NCBI GenBank assembly: GCA_965220725.1
Contig: OZ244840.1
Span: forward strand, 1,408,548-1,472,547
Reading direction: 5' to 3'
Origin: Arenicellales bacterium
GTDB lineage: Bacteria; Pseudomonadota; Gammaproteobacteria; Arenicellales; JAJDZL01
Length of the DNA stretch: 64,000 nucleotides
In this document: one piece after another, positions 56,439-64,000 of the stretch
How positions within the stretch are numbered: position 1 is the first letter of the stretch
Layout of the letters: every line of letters starts with the position of its first letter
Translations under genes and position numbers: made by a program
The notes under the pieces: model-generated
Databases searched by the model: none
What the model saw: the letters and a program-made list of their open reading frames with translations, nothing else
What the model was told of the DNA's origin: nothing

Positions 56439-57353
56439 ATGAACATACGCGACCTCAAATACATCGTTGCAGTTGCTGAACTGGAACATTTCGGCAAGGC
56501 TGCCGCTGCCTGCCACGTCAGTCAGCCTGCATTGAGTGGACAGATTCGGAAAGTCGAGGAGCAACTTGGAGTCAGGTTGTTCGAACGAACCAAGCGCTCG
56601 GTCAGGCTGACGGGTGCCGGAGAGCGGATCGTCGAACGCGCCAGGGCGATTCTAGATCAGATTGATCAGATTGAGGGGATCGCCAGGACGTTGACGGACC
56701 CACTGGCGGGCACGCTGCATATCGGAATGATTCCCACCATTGCACCCTATCTCACACCGAAATTCCTGCCTGCCGCAGCGCGTTCTCTACCGAATCTGGA
56801 CATTCGATTGTATGAGGGACAAACTGCAACGCTTGAGCAGAAACTGAACGACGGGGAAATTGATGCGGCAATCCTCGCGACGCCGGTTCAGGACACGCGT
56901 CTCGAGGACATTGCGCTTTATGAGGAACCGTTCTGGGTGGCGCTGCCAAGTGGACATCCGATGGCTGGGCAGGATGCCGTTGACGTCAGGGACATTCACC
57001 TGGAGGATTTTCTGCTGCTTGAGGATGGCCACTGCTTCCGTGACCAGGTCATTTCATTCTGCACAGCAGTGCTGGACAGCGAAGCACGTTTCCGTACGCA
57101 ACAGACCAGTCTGACAACGATACTGGCGCTGGTCAGCGCCGGTGCCGGAGTCACTTTGGTTCCCGCAATGAGTCTCGTCGGCCCCTGGGTGACTGATTTT
57201 GGTATTACGCTGAGAAAGGAGAAGTCTGGTACTGCGTCCCGATCAGTTGTGCTCGTCTTGCGAAAATCCTATCCCAATCGGATCCTGTTGGAGCGATTGG
57301 CCGACATCATCTGTGCGGTCGTACCAAATACGGTTTATCCGGTCAGACGCTGA
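56439..57353 (+). CDS. oxyR: LysR-family peroxide sensor OxyR
   Basis: 304 aa. It has an N-terminal LysR HTH (FGKAAAACHVSQPALSGQIRKVEEQLG) and LLLEDGHCFRDQVISFC, which carries the two redox cysteines spaced as in E. coli OxyR C199/C208. It is divergent from katA. Confidence 0.88.
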   Translation: MNIRDLKYIVAVAELEHFGKAAAACHVSQPALSGQIRKVEEQLGVRLFERTKRSVRLTGAGERIVERARAILDQIDQIEGIARTLTDPLAGTLHIGMIPTIAPYLTPKFLPAAARSLPNLDIRLYEGQTATLEQKLNDGEIDAAILATPVQDTRLEDIALYEEPFWVALPSGHPMAGQDAVDVRDIHLEDFLLLEDGHCFRDQVISFCTAVLDSEARFRTQQTSLTTILALVSAGAGVTLVPAMSLVGPWVTDFGITLRKEKSGTASRSVVLVLRKSYPNRILLERLADIICAVVPNTVYPVRR

Positions 57354-57406
57354 GTGACAATCCTTTACAAATCCGCGTGGAAGCGATTCAGATCAGGCAG
57401 GCAGCG

Positions 57407-58435
57407 TCAACCGCCGACATAAGACATCTCAATCTTGGGATCTGTGGCCGGTTTGCTGGCGCGAAGTTCAGAATAGCGGTCGTTTCTGACGCTCCATAGT
57501 TCGCGGATGACCTGTGCCAGCTGTTCAGCGTCAGCGCCTCTACGAAGGTGCTCGCGAAGATCAAATCCGCTTGTCGCAAAAAGACAGGTGTAGATTTTCC
57601 CTTCGGCGGTGAGTCGGGCGCGGTTGCACGAGCCACAGAAAGGTTCGGTAACCGAGGTGATGACGCCGATCTCGCCCGGGCCATCCTTGAATTTCCAGCG
57701 CTTGGCAACCTCTCCCCGATACGTGGGTGACACCGGTTCAATCGGGAATTCCTGATTGACCGCAGCTAGAATCTCCTTGGCCGGGATGACCTTGTCCATC
57801 TGCCAGTCGTTGGTATTGCCGACATCCATGAACTCAATGAAGCGCAAAATGACATCAGTACCATGAAATTCCCGAACCATGGGCAGGATTTCGTTTTCGT
57901 TCATGCCCCGTGCGACCACCATGTTGACCTTGATCGGTGACATGCCGGCGGCTCTCGCATTCTCGATTCCCTGCAGAACGCGTTTGACCGGAAACTTCAC
58001 ATCGTTGATGGAATGGAAGATTTCGTTGTCGATGGCATCCAGGCTGATGGTGATTCGTTGCAAGCCCGCACTGTGCAGTTCCTGAGCCGCGGCGAGCGTG
58101 AGGAGCGACGCGTTGGTCGTCATGCTCAGGTCCTCAACCCCGGAAATCGTGGACAGCACTGAAATCAGATCCGGCAGGTCCTTGCGAACCATGGGCTCAC
58201 CACCGGTGATTCGGACTTTCTTGACACCATTGGCAACAAATGCCCGAACCGACCTTTCGATCTCTTCAAAGGTGAGGAGGTCCGCCCGCGGCAGAAAAGC
58301 ATGATTGGAGCCAAAGAATTCCTTTGGCATGCAGTAGACACACCGAAAGTTGCAACGATCGGTAATGGATACGCGAATATCCCTGATCGGGCGATTCAAC
58401 GTGTCTGTAACAGCTTGGACTGGTATCGTTTCCAT
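57407..58435 (-). CDS. moaA: GTP 3',8-cyclase (radical SAM)
   Basis: ITDRCNFRCVYCMP radical-SAM cluster motif and C-terminal CGSCNRARLTAEG second-cluster motif. ATG 58435 gives 342 aa; the track start 58519 adds 28 residues. Confidence 0.9.
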   Translation of the reverse strand: METIPVQAVTDTLNRPIRDIRVSITDRCNFRCVYCMPKEFFGSNHAFLPRADLLTFEEIERSVRAFVANGVKKVRITGGEPMVRKDLPDLISVLSTISGVEDLSMTTNASLLTLAAAQELHSAGLQRITISLDAIDNEIFHSINDVKFPVKRVLQGIENARAAGMSPIKVNMVVARGMNENEILPMVREFHGTDVILRFIEFMDVGNTNDWQMDKVIPAKEILAAVNQEFPIEPVSPTYRGEVAKRWKFKDGPGEIGVITSVTEPFCGSCNRARLTAEGKIYTCLFATSGFDLREHLRRGADAEQLAQVIRELWSVRNDRYSELRASKPATDPKIEMSYVGG

Positions 58436-58571
58436 TAGGCTTTCAGTGGCCGGAAAATCAAGGCTTGCCGAATATTTTAACTTTTTTGGCGTGTGGATGC
58501 CTTTATGGTACCCAAACAACCAATCAAAGACGGTTCAGCGTGCCATTTTCCAGATCGGTGACTGCCTTGGG

Positions 58572-59198
58572 CTATGCCGGATTGTTCAACCTGCAGACCG
58601 AAAAGAAACCACACAGAATACGATAAGTCAGACCCCAGATCACTCTCGGGTCAGTCTTCGACACCCGAATTCCAGGGAATTGCCCCCGATAGTTTGCGGG
58701 GCGAAAGTCTGGAATGAAGTGACCGGAGTCGACCAGAGTACCGACGGGAATCCAGACCGTGTCCTTGACCTCCTGATTGGGTGATGTCAGTTTCGGTGAT
58801 GGCAATTGAAAGACATGGCACGAAACAATCAGGCCGTGCGCGGGACTGCCCTTGGGTGCGGTGATGTCGTCCAGCCGTCCGATATGATGTTCGGCGCCGA
58901 TATGCAGTCCGATCTCTTCAAACGTTTCCCGCTGAGCGGTCAGCATCAGGTTCTTGTCCTCGGGCTCGCGTTTTCCGCCGGGCAGCGCCATCTGACCCGA
59001 CCAGGGATCATCCTTGCGGGTGGAACGCTCGATAAACAGTATTTCGGCACCGCTGTCACCGTCAGTCAGGATGAGACTGACTGCGGCTTCACCGGATCCG
59101 CTGTTTGGAATGAGTTCCGGGTTGTGTGCGGCAATGCAGTCACTGATTGAGGAAATCGTAACCGAAGTCATTGGTGTTGAAATGTGTCGATCTGACAA
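58572..59198 (-). CDS. Nudix hydrolase (CoA-pyrophosphatase-like)
   Basis: Nudix box LPGGKREPEDKNLMLTAQRETFEEIGL. The start codon is uncertain. Confidence 0.75.
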   Translation of the reverse strand: MSDRHISTPMTSVTISSISDCIAAHNPELIPNSGSGEAAVSLILTDGDSGAEILFIERSTRKDDPWSGQMALPGGKREPEDKNLMLTAQRETFEEIGLHIGAEHHIGRLDDITAPKGSPAHGLIVSCHVFQLPSPKLTSPNQEVKDTVWIPVGTLVDSGHFIPDFRPANYRGQFPGIRVSKTDPRVIWGLTYRILCGFFSVCRLNNPA

Positions 59199-59506
59199 AT
59201 CATTGTTCTGTGTATCAATTGCGTCAATGTATCACCTGACCAACAATGGACAACTTGAGTTGATGGTTATACCCATGCTTGGATGTAGGCAAATACCCTC
59301 CAATCACATGTCGGTTAACGTCAAAGCTGAACTGGTCAATCCGCTTAAGTCACAATCAACTAGAAATGGAGAATTGACGTAATTCACCACAAATTCTGCG
59401 CATTCGAGCGAATCGATTATGCAACCTGATTTCAGGGAAGATTATATGTTCAACCAAATTAACCTATTTGAGATGTGAATTCGGTTTAGCAATAGCAATA
59501 AAATAT

Positions 59507-59631
59507 GACTGTGCTGGTTCACTTACCTTTGGGAATAGATTGAATACCAGTACCGCGTGGTCTGCATACGCATCGTGGGCACACATGCAGAGTATGAACT
59601 AGTAAACGTAAGGGAGATTCGACATGACTGA
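59507..59631 (+). pseudogene. Degraded HigB-family toxin remnant
   Basis: The frame ending at TGA 59629-59631 reads IEYQYRVVCIRIVGTHAEYELVNVREI, resembling HigB C-termini (...YIRF(V/I)GTHAEYD...). An in-frame TAG at 59536 and a frame change (FGNRL in another frame) truncate it. No intact ORF lies upstream of higA. Confidence 0.45.
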
Positions 59632-60019
59632 CATCAAGCCCATCCGGTCCGAAAGGGATTATGAGGCGGCTTTGGTGCGGATTGCCGAGTTCATGGACGC
59701 GAAAACCGACAGCCCCGAGGGCGACGAGCTCGACGTCCTGGTCGATCTGGTGGAACGCTACGAAAGCAAATACGTACCGATGGGTATGCCAAGTCCCATT
59801 GGTGCGATTGAATTTCGCATGGAGCAGGCGGGTCTGTGCCCCGAGGACCTCGTACCCTTCATAGGAAGCCGCGCAAAGGTCTCCGAGGTTCTCGCCGGCA
59901 AGCGATCAATCACCGAGGCGATGGCGCGCAAACTGCATGAACACCTCGGTATTCCGGCAGATGTGCTCCTGCAGCAACCGGATGTTGATCTTGCCAATCC
60001 GTCAGCAGACATCGAGTGA
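59624..60019 (+). CDS. higA: HigA-type antitoxin / XRE-family HTH protein
   Basis: 131 aa. N-terminus IRSERDYEAALVRIAEFMD...GDELDVLVDLVERYE and C-terminal HTH (KVSEVLAGKRSITEAMARKLHEHLGIP), as in COG5499-type HigA. The ATG overlaps the remnant toxin frame. Confidence 0.7.
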   Translation: MTDIKPIRSERDYEAALVRIAEFMDAKTDSPEGDELDVLVDLVERYESKYVPMGMPSPIGAIEFRMEQAGLCPEDLVPFIGSRAKVSEVLAGKRSITEAMARKLHEHLGIPADVLLQQPDVDLANPSADIE

Positions 60020-60168
60020 ATACGGATTTGCGTCAAAGCAATGGTGAAGCTGGGTTGGTGGCGTGATGTCCAAAATAGATTGACTGCTTCACTGGACCGG
60101 GATGGGATAACCGATTCTTGCTCTGCGTTATCCGTATCTTGGGTAATTTTTTCTGAACGATTAATGGT

Positions 60169-61395
60169 TCAGTTCATTTCGAGCAAGCGTTCGACACTGG
60201 TTGGACTTACGCTAAGAATTCTTCCTGCCTTGGTATGGGTCAGTTCATTCTCCCTCAAGCTACGATGAACCAATTCAAGTAGCGGTTTGCCGAGCCTGTG
60301 CCGTCGAATGGTGTAATGATTCGAACCTGAAGATTCCTGTTTTGGTAACCTGTTACGGCGTTTTTCTTTCTCGTGCTGCCAACGCCTTTCGTAACTGTTC
60401 GACAGTGTGCGATAGGTTTCAGCGCTTATCCTGTCAGACCGCCAAAGACGATATAAGATCGTGGATTCACTAACGTTTGCTTCGGTGGCGAGCGCGGCAA
60501 CCACTTTGGCGACATGTTTTTTATCGGTTGTTGGCTTCAGCTTGTAAACCACCTCTTCAGGAATCAGGAACTCGGCGGCAACGTCGTTACAGAACCGCTC
60601 AATTTGTGCCTCCTTGGAATTTGCTCGCTCTGACCTCGGTGCACCACTGATGCCTGCGGAACCCAGCATCAGGGGCGTAAATTCATGCATCAATGTAAAC
60701 GAACGTGCAGACAAGGCATCTTGATGATTGATGACAATGAAGGGAGCGATTTTGTCAGCGATGGTAAATCCACGGAAAGCCTGTTCGCAGATTGCGGAAT
60801 GATGGGAGCCAAGATCCCCAATCAGAAGGACGAACACTCCCGTGTTTTCGATTTTCTCCCTGAGAAATGCAAAGAGTTTTTTTGGAGATTTGAAGCCTTT
60901 TCCAATCAGACCCAAGTTGTCAACTCCGAGAAGTTTCTTGATTGAACTCACAGTGTTTTTGACATTGTTACCTGGAGAAACTGACTCAACAAAGTCAAGT
61001 GGCTCGTGATCTTCATCGTCCTCCAGAATGGACTTCACCATCTCTTGTCTAACGTGAACGTCCCGCAAAATGGCGTTTAGTGTCGCTGCTTCCTCAAGGG
61101 ATACCGAAGTAACCTTGTATACAGTTCGAAAATCTGTACCGAGTAACCTGATCTTCGGAGGACTGTTCAGATAGAAAACAGTCAGAGGACATCTGTAGAT
61201 TTCCGAGATCTTCACCAATTGGTTACGCGTTGGTTTCACATCACCACGTTCAAACGCTTCAAGCTTCTCACTCGCTGTAGACCTGCTTGTTGAAGTCAGT
61301 TGCAGCTTCTTCGCAGCGGAATCAACTGTCAAACCCGCAATCTCGCGCGCCCAGGTGAGAATCTCTGGATTGATGTTTTCTGCCCGCGCTGTCAT
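60169..61395 (-). CDS. XRE-HTH plus ImmA/IrrE (DUF955) metallopeptidase-like protein with a degenerate HExxH
   Basis: 408 aa with an N-terminal HTH region. The central SFTLMHEFTPLMLG...ERFCNDVAAEFLIPEE matches the ImmA/IrrE pattern (HExxH ... E..AN.FA.EFLMP), except that the second His is Pro (CCC at 60673-60675). Confidence 0.65.
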   Translation of the reverse strand: MTARAENINPEILTWAREIAGLTVDSAAKKLQLTSTSRSTASEKLEAFERGDVKPTRNQLVKISEIYRCPLTVFYLNSPPKIRLLGTDFRTVYKVTSVSLEEAATLNAILRDVHVRQEMVKSILEDDEDHEPLDFVESVSPGNNVKNTVSSIKKLLGVDNLGLIGKGFKSPKKLFAFLREKIENTGVFVLLIGDLGSHHSAICEQAFRGFTIADKIAPFIVINHQDALSARSFTLMHEFTPLMLGSAGISGAPRSERANSKEAQIERFCNDVAAEFLIPEEVVYKLKPTTDKKHVAKVVAALATEANVSESTILYRLWRSDRISAETYRTLSNSYERRWQHEKEKRRNRLPKQESSGSNHYTIRRHRLGKPLLELVHRSLRENELTHTKAGRILSVSPTSVERLLEMN

Positions 61396-61737
61396 TTTTT
61401 TTCAATTGATCCAAGTGAGCGGAATGACTGTCTGATTTATGAACGAGTGGTCATTCCCGGAGAATGAGTTTACCGACAAAGTGTTCTGGAATGCTTGAAT
61501 TCAAATGAGTAGTTTGCGCTATCGACGTCCTTGTGATCCAAACGAATGTACCTCGCCAAGTCTCACTTGCAAATGCACCGCAAACCAGCACAACCCGAAG
61601 CCAGTCTGAAATTAGTCAAACTTGAAGCACTGTAAACAAGTATGATATTCAATCTTTCTAATATAACTTGTAGACGTTTCCGCTTTGTAAACAGAAATGC
61701 GGAGAGAAATTTAACTTGTTGGGAGGTTTCAAGAAAG

Positions 61738-62784
61738 ATGAAATCAAAAAAATTGATTGCAGTAATTCTGGCAATGTTCTTTGCATTTGCCGGACTGGCC
61801 TCAGCACCAGTATCTGCTGACAAGGTCCGTTGGAAAATGGCAAGCTGGTTTCCCAAGAACCTGACTCAGTTGGGTACCCTGGGACTTCACGTCACCGAAA
61901 CCCTTGACCGCGTTTCCGATGGCCAGATCGAACTGAAGTATTTCGAGCCTGGTGCCCTGGTGCCACCGCGTGAATGTTTTGATTCCGTTGCAACAGGTGC
62001 AGTGGATGCCTGCTGGTCAACCCCCGGTTACTGGTATGGAAAAAACTCAGCGCTGGCCATGTTCGCCGCTGTTCCATTCGGTCCGCAGGCAGCTGAATAT
62101 GGTGCCTGGATCTATTTTGGAGGCGGACAGGAGTTGATGAATGAGATCTATGCCGAGCATGGATTGTATTCATTGATCTGTGGCGTGATCGCGCCTGAGG
62201 CTTCGGGATGGTTCCGCAACGAGATCAATTCGGTTGATGATCTGAAGGGACTGAAAATGAGATTTTTCGGACTCGGCGCGAAAGTCATGGAGAAAATGGG
62301 TGTTTCAACCCAGTTGATTCCAGGCGGTGACATCTTCCCGGCTCTCGAGCTCGGATCAATTGATGCAACCGAATACTCCATGCCGGCGATCGACCTGAAT
62401 CTTGGATTCTACCAGATCGCAAAACATTACTACTTCCCAGGCTGGCATCAGCAATCCACCTTGTTTGAAGTTCTCATGAACAAGGAAAAATGGGAAGGCC
62501 TGACCGACCATCAGCGCGCACTGTTCGAACTGTCATGTGGCGATAACTTCCGTTATGGACTGCTTGAGGGTGAGGCGATTCAGGCACCGGCCCTGCAGGA
62601 GCTGCAGGAAAAGGGTGTGACCATCCACCGATGGCCGCAAGAGATTCTGGATGCACTTGAAGGTGCATGGAACGAGGTGGTTGCCGAAGAGAGCGCTGCC
62701 AATCCGGATTTCAAGAGAGTCTGGGATCACTACAGCGCGTTTCGCGAGCAGTATACAGTCTGGCGTGAACTCGGTTATCTGTAA
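61738..62784 (+). CDS. dctP: TRAP transporter substrate-binding protein (DctP family)
   Basis: ATG 61738 follows GGGAGG. Signal peptide MKSKKLIAVILAMFFAFAGLASAPVSA. It is followed by the dctQ and dctM homologs. Confidence 0.85.
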   Translation: MKSKKLIAVILAMFFAFAGLASAPVSADKVRWKMASWFPKNLTQLGTLGLHVTETLDRVSDGQIELKYFEPGALVPPRECFDSVATGAVDACWSTPGYWYGKNSALAMFAAVPFGPQAAEYGAWIYFGGGQELMNEIYAEHGLYSLICGVIAPEASGWFRNEINSVDDLKGLKMRFFGLGAKVMEKMGVSTQLIPGGDIFPALELGSIDATEYSMPAIDLNLGFYQIAKHYYFPGWHQQSTLFEVLMNKEKWEGLTDHQRALFELSCGDNFRYGLLEGEAIQAPALQELQEKGVTIHRWPQEILDALEGAWNEVVAEESAANPDFKRVWDHYSAFREQYTVWRELGYL

Positions 62785-62903
62785 GTCAGGATAGACTGAA
62801 CATTTAACCAACAATTTGAAGATTGCCTGTTGCGGGGTGTCGGGCCATACCCCGCAGCAGGTTTTTCCAATTTTTTCAATCAACTTGAAACAGGAGCATC
62901 CCG

Positions 62904-63497
62904 ATGAGACTGTTGCTCCGACTGGATGAAATCGCTGAATCGATAATTATCGGCATTGGCCGGGTTGCGGCCTGGGTTGCCGTCCTGCTGATGATCGTCA
63001 TTGTGTTTGACGTGATTACACGCCGGTTTTTTGTACTGGGTTCCACCAAGTTGCAGGATCTGGAGTGGCACATTCACGCGATCCTGTTTCTATTCTGCCT
63101 GGGCTACGCTTACCTCAAGGATGCGCACGTTCGGATTGATCTGGTCAGGGAGCGCATGAGCGAGCGCACCAAACTGTGGATCGAACTGATCGGCTGTCTG
63201 CTGTTTCTGATTCCCTACACGGTCATTGTGATTTATTACGGTGTCGACTGGTGGCACCGTTCATTCCTGCAAAATGAGATGGCTGAATCCGCGACCGGCC
63301 TGCCGTTTCGATGGATCATCAAGGCAGCCCTGCCCATCGGATTCGTAGTCTTACTGGCCAGTGGCGTGAGCATGGCGTTTCGCAAGCTCGTGCAGCTGTT
63401 CGCTCCGGATGATTTGAAGGCAATCGTCAATGAGCGCGAAAAGGTGGAAACCATCCATCTTGACGAAGTGGACATCACCGAGTTTGGTCGCGACTGA
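62904..63497 (+). CDS. dctQ: TRAP transporter small permease (DctQ family)
   Basis: 197 aa with four hydrophobic helices, positioned between dctP and dctM. Confidence 0.8.
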   Translation: MRLLLRLDEIAESIIIGIGRVAAWVAVLLMIVIVFDVITRRFFVLGSTKLQDLEWHIHAILFLFCLGYAYLKDAHVRIDLVRERMSERTKLWIELIGCLLFLIPYTVIVIYYGVDWWHRSFLQNEMAESATGLPFRWIIKAALPIGFVVLLASGVSMAFRKLVQLFAPDDLKAIVNEREKVETIHLDEVDITEFGRD

Positions 63498-63508
63498 GGG
63501 GCATAGCG

Positions 63509-64000
63509 ATGCTGGATCTATTTATTGACTACATGCCTCTATTCATGTTCCTGGCATTGGCGATCCTGCTGTTTTCGGGATATCCGGTGGCTGCGGTGCT
63601 TGGCGGCATCGCATTGGGATTTGGATATCTGGGTGTATACCTGGATGTATTCGTTCCGATCGAGTTCTTCAATATTGTCGGGCGGATTTGGAGCGGCATT
63701 GCAGACAATCTGGTATTGGTGGCGATACCCATGTTCATATTCATGGGCACCATGCTGGAAAAAAGTGGCGTCGCCAGGGATCTTCTGTACTGCCTTCAGG
63801 TTTTGCTGAGAAGGGTGCCCGGCGGACTGGCACTGTCAGTCACCGTGATGGGTACGATCATGGCGGCGACTACCGGAATCATCGGGGCCTCGGTTGTGAT
63901 GATGACCCTGATGGCATTGCCGGTGATGCTGCATCGAAACTACAACGTTCCGCTGGCAACGGGAACCATCGCCGCGTCTGGAACACTGGGAATTCTGATT
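63509..64000 (+). CDS. dctM: TRAP transporter large permease (DctM family), 5' partial
   Basis: ATG 63509 opens a frame that runs without a stop to the window end (164 codons): MLDLFIDYMPLFMFLALAILLFSGYPVAAVLGG...GTIMAATTGIIGASVV. It is absent from the track because it has no stop. The track ORF 63525..63809 is in another frame. Confidence 0.8.
   Translation, partial: MLDLFIDYMPLFMFLALAILLFSGYPVAAVLGGIALGFGYLGVYLDVFVPIEFFNIVGRIWSGIADNLVLVAIPMFIFMGTMLEKSGVARDLLYCLQVLLRRVPGGLALSVTVMGTIMAATTGIIGASVVMMTLMALPVMLHRNYNVPLATGTIAASGTLGILI

Noticed and set aside
59199-59400. Looked for a tRNA gene or att-like repeat as the integration target of the higA/ImmA islet (and of the R-M islet at 41471-41778 and 43631-43767)
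   Set aside because: No T-loop (GTTCGAATC-like) or cloverleaf-compatible sequence and no obvious direct repeats were seen by eye. tRNAscan-SE/ARAGORN would settle it.
63525-63809. 94-aa track ORF at the TRAP large-permease position
   Set aside because: It is in the wrong frame. The frame starting at ATG 63509 gives a typical DctM N-terminus and stays open to the window end.

Overview
The gene content looks proteobacterial; I ran no taxonomic search. The window splits into two parts.

**Accessory half (about 1-32 kb).** Two same-strand giant ORFs dominate: 2242..15786 (4514 aa) and 17368..31974 (about 4868 aa from the likely TTG start). Each has:
- a Sec-type signal peptide;
- a passenger of more than 4000 aa made of repeated beta-sandwich modules: 4x [unrecognised ~170-aa module + cadherin-like/He_PIG Ig domain], many FN3 domains and Calx-beta-like repeats;
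- a C-terminal ~450 aa with autotransporter beta-domain hallmarks.

The two genes are mosaic paralogs with near-identical 5' blocks and diverged translocator ends. Gene 1 carries a ~3.3-kb tandem super-repeat. Gene 2 carries 24 tandem 285-bp FN3 units. AT-rich spacers of about 1.5 kb flank the genes; the spacer between them holds an IS4/IS5-type transposase remnant. A spondin_N-like lipoprotein lies upstream.

**Housekeeping half (32-64 kb).** DUF465 gene, ahcY-metK, glnA-ntrBC with a recognisable sigma-54 promoter and NtrC sites, a translationally overlapped ThiI/MnmA-like PP-loop ATPase + TusA pair, a small AT-rich R-M island, a DMT transporter, a fused glyQ-glyS gene, a MazG-like gene, plsC, rsmA, pdxA, a CDGSH protein, moaB, a DapA-family gene, cytochrome c', katA/oxyR, moaA, a Nudix gene, a degraded higB/higA plus HTH-ImmA/IrrE islet, and a TRAP transporter (dctPQM, truncated by the window end).

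No rRNA, tRNA or CRISPR array was recognised. All family assignments come from motifs read by eye, not from database searches.
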